Shown piece by piece: positions 26,450 through 40,039 of a DNA stretch of 64,000 bases. Each line of letters begins with the position of its first letter. Within the stretch, counting starts at the first letter, position 1. The DNA comes from Mobula hypostoma (taxonomy: Eukaryota), in assembly GCF_963921235.1 (NCBI RefSeq), contig NC_086108.1:101248001-101312000 (forward strand), written 5' to 3'. Under the pieces are notes generated by a model that searched no databases, was not told where the DNA came from, and was given only the letters and a program-made list of their open reading frames with translations. Position numbers and translations under genes: made by a program.

Positions 26450-28362
26450 AACCATAGAAACCATAGAAACTACCGCACAGAAACAGGCCTTTTGGCCCTT
26501 CTTGGCTGTGCCGAACCATTTTCTGCCTAGTCCCACTGATCTGTACACGGACCATATCCCTCCATACACCTCCCATCCATGTATCTATCCAATTTATTCT
26601 TAAATGTTAAAAAAGAACCCGCATTTACCACCTCGTCTGGCAGCTCATTCCATACTCCCACCACTCTCTGTGTGAAGAAGCCCCCCCTAATGTTCCCTTC
26701 AAACTTCCCCCCCCCCCTCACCCTTAACCCATGTGCTCTGGTTTTTTCTCCTCTTGCCTCAGTGGAAAAAGCCTGCTTACATTCACTCTATCTATACCAA
26801 TCATAATTTTATATATCTCTATCAAATCTCCCCTCATTCTTCTACGCTCCAGGGAATAAAGTGCTAACCTATTCAACCTTTCTCTGTAACTGAGTTTCTC
26901 AAGTCCCGGCAACATCCTTGTAAACCTTCTCTGCACTCTTTCAATCTTATTTATATCCTTCCTGTAATTTGGTGACCAAAACTGAACACAATACTCCAGA
27001 TTCGGCTTCACCAATGCCTTATACAACCTCATCATAACATTCCAGCTCTTATAAACAATACTTTGATTAATAAAGGCCAATGTACCAAAAGCTCTCTTTA
27101 CGACCCTATCTACCTGTGATGCCACTTTTAGGAAATTTTGTATCTGTATTCCCAGATCCCTCTGTTCCACTGCACTCCTCAGTGCCTTACCATTAACCCT
27201 GTATGTTCTACGTTGGTTTGTCCTTCCAGCGTGCAATACCTCACACTTGTCAGTATTAAACTCCATCTGCCATTTTTCAGCCCATTTTTCCAGCTGGTCC
27301 AAGTCCCTCTGCAGGCTCTGAAAACCTTCCTCACTGTCTACTACACCTCCAATCTTTGTATCATCAGCAAACTTGCTGATCCAATTTACCACATTATCAT
27401 CCAGATCATTGATATAGATGACAAATGGCAATGGACCCAGCACTGATCCCTGTGGCACACCACTAGTCACAGGCCTCCACTCAGAGAAGCAATTCTCTAC
27501 CACCATTCTCTGGCTTCTTCCATCGAGCCAATGTCTAATCCAATTTACCACCTCTCCATGTATACCTAGCAACTGAATTTTCCTAACTAACCTCCCATGC
27601 GGGACCTTGTCAAAGGCCTTACTGAAATCCATGTAGACAATATCCACTGCCTTCCCTTCATCCACTTTCCTGGTAACCTTCTCGAAAAACTCCAGTAGAT
27701 TGGTCAAACATGACCTACCACGCACAAAGCCATGTTGACTCTCCCTAATAAGTCCCTGTCTGTCCAAATGCTTGTAGATTCTGTCTCTTAGTACTCCCTC
27801 CAATAACTTACCTACTACCGACGTTAAACTTACTGGCCTATAATTTCCCGGATTAATTTTCGATCCTTTTTTAAACAACGGAACAACATGAGCCACTCTC
27901 CAATCCACCGGCACCTCACCTGTAGACAGCGACATTTTAAATATTTCTGCCAGGGCCCCTGCAATTTCAACACTAGTCTCCTTCAAGGTCCGAGGGAACA
28001 CCCTGTCAGGTCCCGGGGATTTATCCACTTTAATTTTCCTCAAGACAGCAAGGACCTCCTCCTTTTCGATCTGTACAGTTTCCATGATCTCACTACTTGT
28101 TTCCCGTAATTCCATAGACTTCATGCCAGTTTCCTTAGTAAATACAGGTGCAAAAAACCTATTTAAGATCTCCCCCATTTCCTTTGGTTCCGCACATAGC
28201 CGACCACTCTGATCTTCAAGAGGACCAATTTTATCCCTTACAATCCTTTTGCTCTTAATATATCTGTAAAAGCTCTTTGGATTATCCTTCACTTTGACTA
28301 CCAAGGCAACCTCATGTCTTCATTATCCTTCACTTTGACTGCCAAGACAACCTCATGTCTTC
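26450..28362 (-). mobile_element. Young CR1 with uninterrupted 526-aa RT frame, inserted in an older + strand CR1
   Basis: ORF 26724-28304 with KFADDTK; (accatagaa)n tail; 41-bp tandem duplication at its 5' truncation. Confidence 0.95.
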
Positions 28363-30679
28363 ATAGTGAATACTGAAAGGCCTAGATAGAGTAGACTTGG
28401 AGAGAATATTTTCAATAGATCACAAGATACAGGAGCAGAATTAGGCCATTTGGCCCAGAGTGTCTGCTCCAAAATTTCATCATGGCTGATCTAATTTTCC
28501 TCTCGGCTCTAGTCTCTTGCTTTTTTCCCCATATCCCTTCACGCCCTGACCAATCTACAGAGTAATCTATTAACCTCTGCCTTAAGTATACAGAAAGATG
28601 TGGCCTCCACAGCTGCCTGTGGCAAAGAATTCCACAGGTTCACTACTCTCTGGCTAAAGAAATTCCTTCTCATCTCCGTTCTATAAAGTGCCCTCTGTTC
28701 TTAGACTCCCCACCAAAGGAATATACAAGAGATAGTGGGGGAATCCAGGGCCAAAGAGCATGGTCTCAGAGTACAAGGCCATCCCTTTAGAACAGAGACA
28801 TGAAAGGCTCTCTTCACCCAGAGGGTGGTGAAACTGGAACTTATTGTCACAGAGAGCTGTGGAGGCCAAGTCACTGAGTGTGTTTAAAATGGCAGTTAGT
28901 GGTTTCTTCATCGTTAAGGGGGTTAAAGGTTACAGGGAGAAGGCAGGAGAAAGAGATTAAAGAGAAACTTAATCAGAATCAAAATCAGAATCAGAATCAG
29001 GTTCAATATCACCGGCAGCAGTACAATGTAATACATAATAAAAAAATCTGAATTATAGTGAGTATACATTTATTTTAAGTAGTTAAAATAGGGTGAAGCT
29101 GATAGGAATGCCTTCATCTATGCTAGTGGAGCGTAGGTCTTTGGTGACCTGTCTCCATCACCCTCTGTTCTGAGCCTGTTTCTCAAGGGTGGACCAGGAG
29201 TGTTTCCATCACCTAATTTTGGCCTTTATGTCTATCCTCAATGGATTCCATTTTAATGACTCTCTGGTGGTTCTGCTGGTTGGCTTCCTCAAGGAGTGAC
29301 CAATCCACCACCATTTTCATTTGCATATTTGTACTTCTATGGATCCTTGGTTGGTGTTTTCTCACAGGGTCTAGTTGGTTACTTTCTCAGTCCATGTGAT
29401 GTTTAGGATCCTTTGCAGGCATTGGCTGATGAAGCCTGCAACTTTTGTAGTGTCCTCTTTGTTGCTCTCCAGATTTCAGAGCCATGTGGGAACACTCTTT
29501 TAACATTTGAGTTGAAGATTCTGATTTTGCATTTCCTTGATATGACTCTGGATGTCCACACTTTCTTCAAGATAGTGAAAACTACTCTGGTCTTGTTGAC
29601 CTTGGCTTTGTCATTCACATCTGTTCCACCACATATAATCAAAACGGTTCCAAGACAGATGAAGGAAGTCTCTTCTTCCAGAGTTGTATCTCTCATCACT
29701 ATGGGTCTATTGCTGGTGCAGTTTATCTTCATCACTTTTGTTTTATCGATACTTGTTCTTAGACCCAGCATGGTGGAGTTAGCAGTTAAGAGTGGTGATT
29801 TCTCTTGCATCTGTTGGTTAGAGCTGAACATGAGGGCAATGTCATTTGCAAACTCTTGGTCATTAAGTTGCCAGTATATGGTCCACTAGATACCATTATG
29901 TTTTTCACTTGTGATATATTTCATGATCCAGGAACTGGAAAGGAGCCATCAAACATCCCTGCTTCACCCCATTATTGACATTGAAGCTTTTTGATAGTTG
30001 TCATGCATGTATGACTTTGTATGACATGTTGATGTAGTTCCTGATGATATTGATAAATTTCTGTGGCATTCCATAATGTTTTATAACTTTCCATAGAGTG
30101 TTTCTGTCTAAGCTATCGAAGGCTTTCTCCTAGTCAATGAAGTTGACATAAAGAGAAGTATTCCAATCAATTGACTGTTCAAGGATTATCTTAAGGCAGC
30201 TATCTGGTCTGTGCAGGAGCAAAGCTTCCCAAAGACTCAGTGGTATTATGTCAACAGCTTGTTGAAGGCATTGCAGAATAATTCTGTTTAGCACTTTTAC
30301 GACCACAGACACTAACGATATTCCTCTGTCATTTTTTCCAGTTTTGTAGGTCACTTTTCTTTGGAAGCTTGATTATGTGACTTTCCTTCCACTCTTATGG
30401 CATCTCTTCTTTATCCCAGATGTTGCAGAACAAAGTGTATAGGATATCTGCCGAAAGATAGGGTCTACCTTCAAAGCCTCTGGTGGTACACTGCCTGGGC
30501 CAGACACTTTTCCTGACTTTAGCATATTGATTGGCTGTGTGATTTTCTTTATTGATGGCCTGGCACAGTTTACATCCAAGTCTGAAGGTGCTCTTGGAAT
30601 TACAAGAGATTCTGGAGGAGGTTATCTCTTCAGGAGCTCTTTGAAGTATTGAATTGACTTTATTTCTTACATCCTTCAT

Positions 30680-32570
30680 ATATATGAGGAGTAAAAATCT
30701 TTACATTATGTCTCTGTCTAAATATGCAACATGCAATTTATAATAAATAGTATGTACAGCAGGATAGTCAATATAACATAGAAATACAATGGTGTCAGCA
30801 TTTAAGCAACCTGATGGCCTGGTGGAAGAAGCTGTCCCGGAGCCTGTTGGTCCTGGCTTTTATTCTGCGGTACTGTTTCTCAGATGGTAGCAGCTAGAAC
30901 AGTTTATGGTTGGGGTGACTCAGGTCCCTAATGATCCTTCAGGCCCTTTTTACACACCTGTCTTTGTAAATGTCCTGAATAGTGGGAAGTTCACATCTAC
31001 AGATGTGCTGGGCTGTGCACACCACTCTCTGCAGAGTTCTGCGATTGAGCGAAGTACAGTTCCCATACCAGGCAGTGATGCAGCCAGTCAGGATGCTCTC
31101 ATTTGTGCCCCTGTAGAAAGTTCTTATGATTTGGGAGCCCATATCAAACTTCCTCAACTGTCTGACGTGAAAGAGGCACTGTTGTGTCTTTTTCACCGCG
31201 CAGTTGGTATGTACAGACCACGTTAGGTCCTTGGTTGTTGAGCCTGGAGGGAATTATAGTGTTGAATGCTGAACTGTAGTCCAAGAACAGCATTCTCACA
31301 AGCATCCCTCTTTTCCAGACGTGTAAGGACGGTGTGTAGAGCTCTGGCCATTGTGTCATCTCTTGTGTTGGTAGGTGAATTGTAGGGGGTCCAGTGTGGG
31401 TGGTAGCATGCTGCAGATGTAGTCCTTGACCAGCCTCTCAAATCATTTGCTTATTATTGAGGTGAGTGCAACAGGACGCCAGTCGTTCAGACATGATACC
31501 TTGGTCTTTTTAGGTACAAGAACAATGGTGGATGTTTTGAAGAAGGAGGGCACTCTACACTGGGAGAGGGAGAGATTAAAAATGTCTGTAAACACACCTG
31601 CCAGTTGTGCCGCGCACATCCTGAGTACCCGCCCTGGGATGCCGTCTGGTCCCACGACCTTGTGACTGTCCACTCATTGGAAACACCTGCATACTTCGAC
31701 CTCAGAGATGACCAAGCTGCCGGTCTCATCACCTGCAGGTCCCCTCAGGGGCTCAGTATTGGTGACACTGAATCGAAAGTAAACAAGATAAACGAGGGGT
31801 GATTGATAAGTTCGGGGCCTAAGGTAGAAGGAGATGAGTTACACAGCTCTCGGTACATGCTTATGCAGTTCAACTCTGAGTGATTACGCAGAAAGTTTGA
31901 AACTTTGAAATCTCTCTATCTATCTATTGAAGTTAATAACTCATCAGGGGTGATTGATAAGTTCGTGGCCTAAGGCAGAAGGAGATGAGTTATTAACTTC
32001 AAACTTTCTGTGTAATCACTCAAAGAGTTGACCTGCATGTGCATGTAATGAGAGTTGTATAACTCATCTCCTCCTACCTTAGGCTAAGAACTTATCAATC
32101 ACCCTTCCTAGCTTGTCTGGGAGAGAGGCAGCAATGTTGGAAACTTCACTGTGTTTAGCTTTGAAGTCTGCAATGGTATGCAGATATTGCCATAAGCTGC
32201 ATGTGTTGTTGGAAAAGCTTGTGTCTGGATCTTGTCCGTGTTGTTGTTTCACTGCCTTGATGACTGTGCGCAAATCATAGCTGCATTTCTTGAGCTCCTG
32301 CTGATTACCGGCAATGTAAGCTCTGTGTCACGCAGTAAATGCTGCTCACACGGAACTGTTGATCCAGGGTTTCTGGTTTGGATAGACCCTGACCAATTTC
32401 TGGGTGTCAACATCCTTGATGCACTTCTGGATGAAACTTATGACCGGAGAGACATCCTCATCATGGAAGACATTCCAATCAACGTCATCAAGGCAGTCCT
32501 GTAGCATGGAGGCTGATTGCTTGGACCAACAGTGGATGGTTTTATCTACATGCCCTACGTTGGCTTTGTT
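30680..32570 (-). mobile_element. Rex1/Babar-type LINE nested in RTE
   Basis: [29 protein letters not shown]...[39 protein letters not shown]. Confidence 0.85.
31793..32108. mobile_element. Mariner-type MITE nested in Rex1
   Basis: ~50-bp TIRs cgaggggtgattgataagttc.. / ..gaacttatcaatcacccttcc, TA on the right side, extra internal TIR copy at about 31946-31995. Confidence 0.8.
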
Positions 32571-33493
32571 CATTTTCTAGGACATTTCTATCTTTATCCT
32601 TCTCTTGGGGTTGATCTGGTTGAATTTGTCAGCTAGTTACTTGATAGTACTTATAATTCTTCTATATCCTCATTTGTTGAGTCTTCAGCTTGGAATCCAA
32701 GGGTGTTTATGTACACTCTTGTCCGTCTTGATGCTTCTTCTTACTTCCTTTCCTCTCTGTCATGCTCCCTCTGTGCCTCCACTTTCTCATTCCTCATTCT
32801 GCTTCTATTGCATTTTAATTTTAGTGTTCTCACTTGCTTATTGTTTCCCTCATTCCTCACATAACCCACTCCTTGTGTTCAAATGTCCTTTTTCCCAGCA
32901 CTTCCTTGAAAGTTTCATTTATTGCCTTTATGGCAGTAGACCATTCATCTTTCATCTCAAGGACTTCGAGTGCCTCAAACCTGTTGGAAAGTATGAGGAC
33001 AAATTTCTAAACAGTTTCTTTGTCTTTCAAGTAGATCAGATTGTACTTCAGTCATTGGTTGGGCAGTGCATAGCTTTTGTTTAGCGTCATCTGTACTTTG
33101 GCAATCAGAAGATGGTGATCTGGTCCTGCATCTGCACCATGTTTCACTCTTACATCATGGCGTGATCTTCAAAACTTCTTTGAGATGCATATATGATCGA
33201 TTTGGTTCTCTGTTACCTTGTTTGGTGACATCCATGTTGCCTTGTGCATTTTCTTGTGCAGGAATGAGCTTCAATATCTAGCTTAAAGTTAGCACACGTT
33301 TCAGCAAATTGTTCCCAATTGTCTTTCATTTCTCTGAGAAGGTGTTTCCCCATTACCTGCATATTTTGGCATTAAAATCTCCCATGACAATGGTCAGGTC
33401 TTTTTCTTCTCCTCTGCTGATGACTCCACTGAGTGTATCTTAGAACTTGACTTTGTCTTCTTTATTAGAGTTGTTTGTTGGCATGCAACATTG

Positions 33494-33617
33494 GAGGGTC
33501 TCGGCCTGAAACGTCGACTGCACCTCTTCCTAGAGATGCTGCCTGGCCTGCTGTGTTCACCACCAACTTTGATGTGTGTTGCTTGAATTTCCAGCATCTG
33601 CAGAATTCCTGTTGTTT
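33494..33617 (+). mobile_element. Penelope-terminus-derived short element (hammerhead 3' half only)
   Basis: agggtctcggcctgaaacgtcgactg...ccagcatctgcagaattcctgt; same subfamily as 460-596. Confidence 0.75.
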
Positions 33618-34633
33618 ATTGGATAACTTTAATGGTTATCTTCTTGTGCTTGGTTTTCTACCTAGCAGTGATCATTCTGGAACTAGTGGCTTCCCATGTA
33701 ATCATTGCTCTATGTGCTTCTGGTGTCATCATGAAGGCTACACTCTCTGTATGTGGTGCATCGTTGCTCTGATGGCCTGAGAAGATGAAATTTATCCCGC
33801 CTGCTATTTGGGTCTCTGCAGATGAAGACAAACTTGTTACACCCAGTCCAGAATTGATAATTTGTCAATTTTCATGTTATTTGCTATGATGGTGGATTTT
33901 CCTGCCTAGTACGTGGTTCTCACATTGCAGGAATGTTGGTGACAGATAAGATTTGCCAGCTGTGCAGATCCTGCACTGCATCTTATGCTCACTTGATGAT
34001 GAAACTCTTCTCACAAAGTCAATGATATGGTTGGAGTTCATCGATGTTTCTGTAATCCATTTTATCCAATGTACAGGGATTGTCCTGTACAACTTTCCCA
34101 GAGCCCTGTTATCCAATCTTACCTATTTCTACCTGTCATGGCAGAGACATAGGATTGGGCTTTGGGAGGTTGCACCAATTTCCTTCAAAACCAAGAAATT
34201 AGAATGTCCCTTTAGCACAGAGATGAGTAGGAATTTCTTAACCAGAGAGTGGTGAATCTGTGGAATACATTGCCACAGATGGATGTGAAGGCCAAGTCAA
34301 TGGGTAAATTTAAAGCTAAGGCTGATAGGTTCTTCGTTAGAAAGGACATCAAAAGTTATGGGGAAAAGGTAGGAGAATGGGGTTGAGAGAGATGTTAAAT
34401 CTGCCATGATGGAATGGCAGAGCAGACAATGGCCCAAATTGCCTAATTCTACTCCTATGTGTTATGATCTTGTAGTATCTTAGAGCAGAATATAACGACT
34501 CAGCACAACTTTCTCAATGGTCCCCTACAAAGATAACCATTCTTCTATATGTACAATATTAATGATTTTAAATATCACTGAGAAGTTATTCCTGCCTTTG
34601 ATTATCATAGAACTAACCATAATCATCTTCCAG

Positions 34634-34895
34634 GAAGGAAGTTGGACTTACAAAATCAGGAATCCCGGAAGTAAGCAGCAAGTAACAGTTACAGTAATAT
34701 CCGGAGCAGCGAATGAGAACGTTCCCCCTGTCACAGTCAACACGAGAATCACCAGAAAGGATCTCACTAGTCCAGTGATTATTTTTGTGAAAGTCTCCCA
34801 AGGATTTTTACCAGTCTTATCTGCGAGAGTGATAATCATTGTTGAACTATCCACGGGGCATACAGAAGAAGTGGAGCTTTTAGATAATGGTGTAG
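34634..34895 (+). CDS. CLCA: CLCA-family exon F
   Basis: ttccag|GAA acceptor, G|gtaagt donor, 262 nt, phase 0-1. Encodes EGSWTYKIRNPGSKQQVTVTVISGAANENVPPVTV...QGFLPVLSARV...VELLDNGV. Confidence 0.95.
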
Positions 34896-36189
34896 GTAAG
34901 TTACATACAATTCTCTTGGAGCTGTTGTGAAATTAATAATGATGTAGTAAAAGTTTGGGGGAGATCTACTGACAGAGTGAACCGGGTGGGTAAAGGACAA
35001 ATTACCATTGGCAGCCACCAGAAGACCTATTTAACCTATAGATGACCTGATCAAAGTGTGAACAAGACTTCAATGCGCAGTCAAATGCAAAGATCTACAA
35101 AAGCCTGAAGGTCAGACAGACTATCTATCTCATCACTATACACAGTAGCGAGCCCAGTGCCAGAGTTTACTAGTGGGTTCCCAATGGAGTAATGGCTTAC
35201 CGCTCCAAACTCTCAGATTCAGGTTCAACAAAGATTGCCTGCCTTTGACTCACAGAGTGCTTCAACCTGAACTCCGGCCTGACCTCTAGCTTATCCACAT
35301 CATTGTACCTAAACTCTAACCTGGCTCCAAAACACCAAAATCATCCCTCAAACCTCAAAAACAACTAAGTCTGAGACACAATTTCAAAAGAGGCCGCAGC
35401 TTGGCAGCATCTTGACAGAACACAACACAATGCCAGTGAGGGCTGGTGCGTGAATGAGAGATTCATCTGTATGACGGGGTCACCAATTCTGTGGAAAAAA
35501 ACTGTAAAAGCAGGTAAGGTTCAATCGTTTTACTTTATCAGAATTTTTTCGTTACATACCAGTCAAAGGCTATCAGAACGTTGACCAGCGAGGACCTTTG
35601 GTATGGTCCCTGAGGCCAACCTGTTATACAGAGCCTGCACCATCTTGTGGGTGCAGACATCAGCTCATTTGGCCTTCTGCATCCAGCTGAAGGAAGTCTG
35701 GGAGGGCTGGAAGTCTGAGCAGGCAGCCAGGTTAAGAACAATTCTGCCCAGGTGTGTGACTTCCAACAATGTGACAACTAAAACAGGAATAATGAATCTT
35801 CAGAGGAGCTGTTCATAGAAAGGATGGAAAATGGATATGTAGCCTGGGGAAGAGTACACACTCAGGACAATAAATACTTTTTCGGGTTTTAATTCCTTTA
35901 TCTGTTTTAGATGTTTAAGTGCCAGAAGAGGGTCTCAAAACAAAACAAACAAATTTACAACCAGTTCTTGCTGTTACAATCTCAGTTTAACTTTCGATCC
36001 ACACCCTTGTGTATGGACAGAATGGCATATGCGGTATAAAAAATACCAGAACTAATATGGTACTAATACGGTAGTGGCAATCCTACTTGGATGGTGAGGA
36101 ACTTTGCATAAGCCATGCTATCCAGCGTCAATTTCTTCACTCGTGGAAAACTTTCCTCACCATGCCCAATCTCGGGGAGGAACTCAATT

Positions 36190-39100
36190 CCAATGCCCCA
36201 CCAGCGTCCTCAGCAGAAACAAAATGGTCTCCCCACTATCCACATCCTTCCTATAGTGAAGGGACCAGAAATGGACACAATACTCCAAGTGTGGCCTAAC
36301 CAGAGTTTTATAGAGCTGCATTATTACATCGCAACTCTTAAACTCTATCCCTCGACTTATGAAAGCTAACACCCTATAAGCTTTCTTAACTACCCTATCC
36401 ACTTGTGAGGCAACTTTCAGGGATCTGTGGACATGTACCCCGAGATCCCTCTGCTCCTCCACACTACCAAGTATGCTGCCATTTACTTTACTCTGCCTTG
36501 GAGTTTGTCCTTCCAAAGTGTATCACCTCACACTTCTCCAGGTTGAACTCCATCTGCCACTTCTCAGACCACTTCTGCATCCTATCAATGTCTCTCTGCA
36601 ATCTTCGACAATCCTCTACACCATCTACAACACCACCAAACTTTGTGTCGTCTGCAAATTTGCCAACCCACCCTTCTACCCCCACATTCAGGTCGTTAAT
36701 AAAAATCACGAAAAATAGAGGTCCCAGAACAGATCCTTGTGGGACACTAGTCACAATCCTCCAATCTGAATGTACTCCCTCCACCACGACCCTCTGCCTT
36801 CTGCAGGCAAGCCAATCCTGAATCCACCTGGCCAAACTTCCCTGGATCCCATGCCTTCTGACTTTCTGAATAAGCCTACCGTGTGGAACCTTGTCAAATG
36901 CCTTACTAAAATCCATATAGATCACATCCACTGCATTACCCTCATCTACATGCCTGGTCACCTCCTCAAAGAACTCTATCAGGCTTGTTAGACACGATCT
37001 GCCCTTCACAAAGCCATGCTGACTGTCCCTGATCAGACCATGGTTCTCTAAATGCCCAGAGATCCTATCTCTAAGAATCTTTTCCAAAAGCTTTCCCACC
37101 ACAGATGCAAGGCTCACTGGTCTATAATTACCCAGACTATCCCTACTACCATTTTTGAACAAGGGAACAACATTCGCCTCCCTCCAATCCAGCGGTACTA
37201 TATCTGTGGACATAAAGATCCTAGCCAGAGGCTCAGCAATCTCTTTCCTCGCCTCGTGGAGCAGCCTGGGGAATATTCCGTCAGGCCCCAGGGACCTATC
37301 CATCCTAATGTATTTTAACAACTCCAACACCTCCTTTCCCTTAATATCAACATGCTCCAGAACATCAACCTCACTCATATTGTCCTCATCATCATCAAGT
37401 TCCCTCTCATTGGTGAATACCGAAGAGAAATATTCACTGAGGACTTCACTCACTTCCACAGCCTCCAGGCACACCTTCCCACCTTTATCTCTAATCGTTC
37501 CTACCTTCACTCCTGTCATCCTTTTTTTCTTCACATAATTGAAGAATGCCTTGGGGTTTTCCTTTACCCTACTCGCCAAGGCCTTCTCATGCCCCCTTCT
37601 TGCTCTTCTCAGCCCCTTCTTAAGCTCCTTTCTTGCTTCCCTATATTCCTCAATAGACCCATCTGATCCTTGCTTCCTAAACCTCATGTATGCTGCCTTC
37701 TTCCACCTGACTAGATTTTCCACCTCACTTTTCACCCATGGTTCCTTCACCCTACCATTCTTTATCTTCCTCACTGGGACAAATTTATCCCTAACATCCT
37801 GCAAGAGATCTCTAAACATCAACCACATGTCCATAGTACAGTTTCCTGCAAAAACATCAACCCAATTCACACCCACAAGTTCTAGCCTTATAGCCTCATA
37901 ATTTGCCCTTCCCCAATTAAAATTTTTCCTGTCCTCTCTGATTCTATCCTTTTCCATGATAATGCCAAAAACCAGGGAACGGTGGTCACTGTCCCCCAGA
38001 TGCTTACCCACTGAGAGATCTGTGACCTGACCCGGTTCATTACCTAGTACTAGATCTAGTATGGCATTCCCCCTGGTCAGCCTGTCCACCTACTGTGACA
38101 GGAATCTATCCTGGACATACTTAAACTCTGCCCCATCTAAACATTTGGAACTAATCAGGTGCCAATCAATATCAGGGAAGTTAAAGTCACCCATGATAGC
38201 AACCCTGTTATTTTTTGCACCTTCCGAAAATCTGCCTCCCAATCTGCTCCTCTGTATCTCTGCTGCTACCAGGGTGCCTATAGAATAACCCCAATAGAGT
38301 AACTGCTCCCTTCCTGTTCCTGAGTTCCACCCATACTGACTCAAAAGAGGATCCTGCTACATTACCCACCCTTTCTGTAGCTGTAACAGTATGCCTGACC
38401 AGTAATGCCACACCTCCTCCCCCTTTTCCACCCTCTCTATCCCTTTTAAAGCACTGAAATCCAGGAATATTGAGAATGCATTCCTGCCCTGGTGTCAGCC
38501 AAGTCTCTGTAAGGGCCACTACATCACAATTCCATGTATGTATCCAAGCTCTCAGTTCATCACCTTTGTTCCTGATGTTTCTTGCATTCAGATACACACA
38601 CTTCAGCCCTTCTACCTTACTGTCTTTACACCGTTTATTCTGCTTCTCTTTCCTCAAAGCCTCTCTGTATGTTAGATCTGGCTTTATTCCATGAACTTCT
38701 TTCACTGCTCTATCGCTCTGGGTCCCATCCCCCTTGCAAATTAGTTTAAACCCTCCCGAACCATGCCAGCTAACCTACCTGCAAGGATATTGCTCCCCCT
38801 CGCGTTCAGGTGCAAGCCATCCAAACTGTACAGGTCCCACCTTCCCCAGAAGAGATCCCAATGATCCAAAAATCTAAAACCCTGCTCCAACTACTCAGCC
38901 ACGCATTCAACTGCCATCTCCTCCAATTCTTACCATCACTGTCACGTAGCACTAGCGGCAATCCTGTGAACACCACCCTTGAAGTCCTGTTCTTCAGCCT
39001 TCTGCCTAGTTCCTGAAACTCACACTTCAGGACCTTATACCTCTTCTTGCCTATGACGTTGGTCCCAACATGTATCACGACTTCTGGTTAATTTCCCTCT

Positions 39101-40039
39101 TGTACCAGGATGTCGTGCACCCAGTCAGAGACATCCCGGACCCTGGCACCCGGGAGGCAACAAACCATGCGGGTGTCCTTCTCACGTCCACAAAATCTCC
39201 TGTCTGCTCCCCTGACTATAGAGTCTCCAATGACGACAGCTCTCCTCTTCTCTGTCCCATGCTTATGTACCACCAGGTCAGACTCAGTGCCGGAGGCCCT
39301 GCCTCCATGGCTCACACCTGATCGGTCGTCCCCGCCAACAGTATCCAGGACAGTAAACTTATTATTCAGGGGAATGGCTACAGGGGTGCTCTGCACGACC
39401 TGTCTGCTCACCTTCACTTTCCCCCCTCTGACTGTCACCCAACGACCTGCTTCCGACAGCCGAGGTGTGACTACCTCCCTGCAGCTCTCATCTATGACTG
39501 CCTCATTCTCCCTTGTGAGTCGAAGGTCATCCAGCTGCTGCTCCAGATTCCTTACGCGGTCTTTGAGATCGCCCAGCCGTATGCACTTCTGGCAGATGTG
39601 ACTCTGCAGGAGAGTGGCATTCATCCAAGACAGCCACATCTCACATGAGAGGCACATCACCGTTTCAGGAGACATTGTAAAGACTAACCGTGAGCTAGCT
39701 CGTCCTCCGCCTCTTCTCGTGGAAGCCTCTCGTATCAAAACCTCAAAGCTCCACTCCTTCACTGGCCCCCTCACTCACTGGTCGCTTTCCACAGGCCACT
39801 TCACTTGAGCTATCCCTCTATTTATCTGTTTGAGCTTTTCAAAATGCTTGGTCACCTGACCTCGACTGCCCAATCAGCTACTTTCTGCTGAGTCTGAGCT
39901 ATTCAGATCTTGATTGTCTAAGCAATGGCTTTCTGCTGATCTATTCAAATCTTGATTGACTTGATTGCACAGACCAACTGCCAAAACTGCCAGAATCGCT
40001 CGAGTCAAAGCCTCAAAGCTCCACTCCTTCACTGGCCCC
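36190..40039 (-). mobile_element. 5'-complete, 3'-truncated CR1 LINE (5'UTR, ORF1 with CxxC/coiled coil/SGNH esterase, ORF2 APE-RT)
   Basis: ORF1 MCLSCEMW...HICQKC...RAVVIGDSIVRG...CCLPGARV...IHVGTN; ORF2 LKCVYLNARNI...ALTETWL, MGDFNFP, SDH, KFADDTK. Confidence 0.95.

Larger units (their letters stand above)
29090..34130 (-). mobile_element. Decayed RTE-clade LINE split by a Rex1 insertion
   Basis: GLRTSIDKTKVM...KIRIFNSNVKRVFPHGSEIW; RGISLVSVVVKVLNRIILQ...LYVNFID; KSGKVSGPGSVPPEALK. Endonuclease-side DNA at about 32570-34130. Confidence 0.75.

Noticed and set aside
39088..39774. Host SGNH esterase gene
   Set aside because: It is ORF1 of a CR1 element, directly upstream of the APE-RT ORF2; an esterase domain is a known CR1 ORF1 feature.
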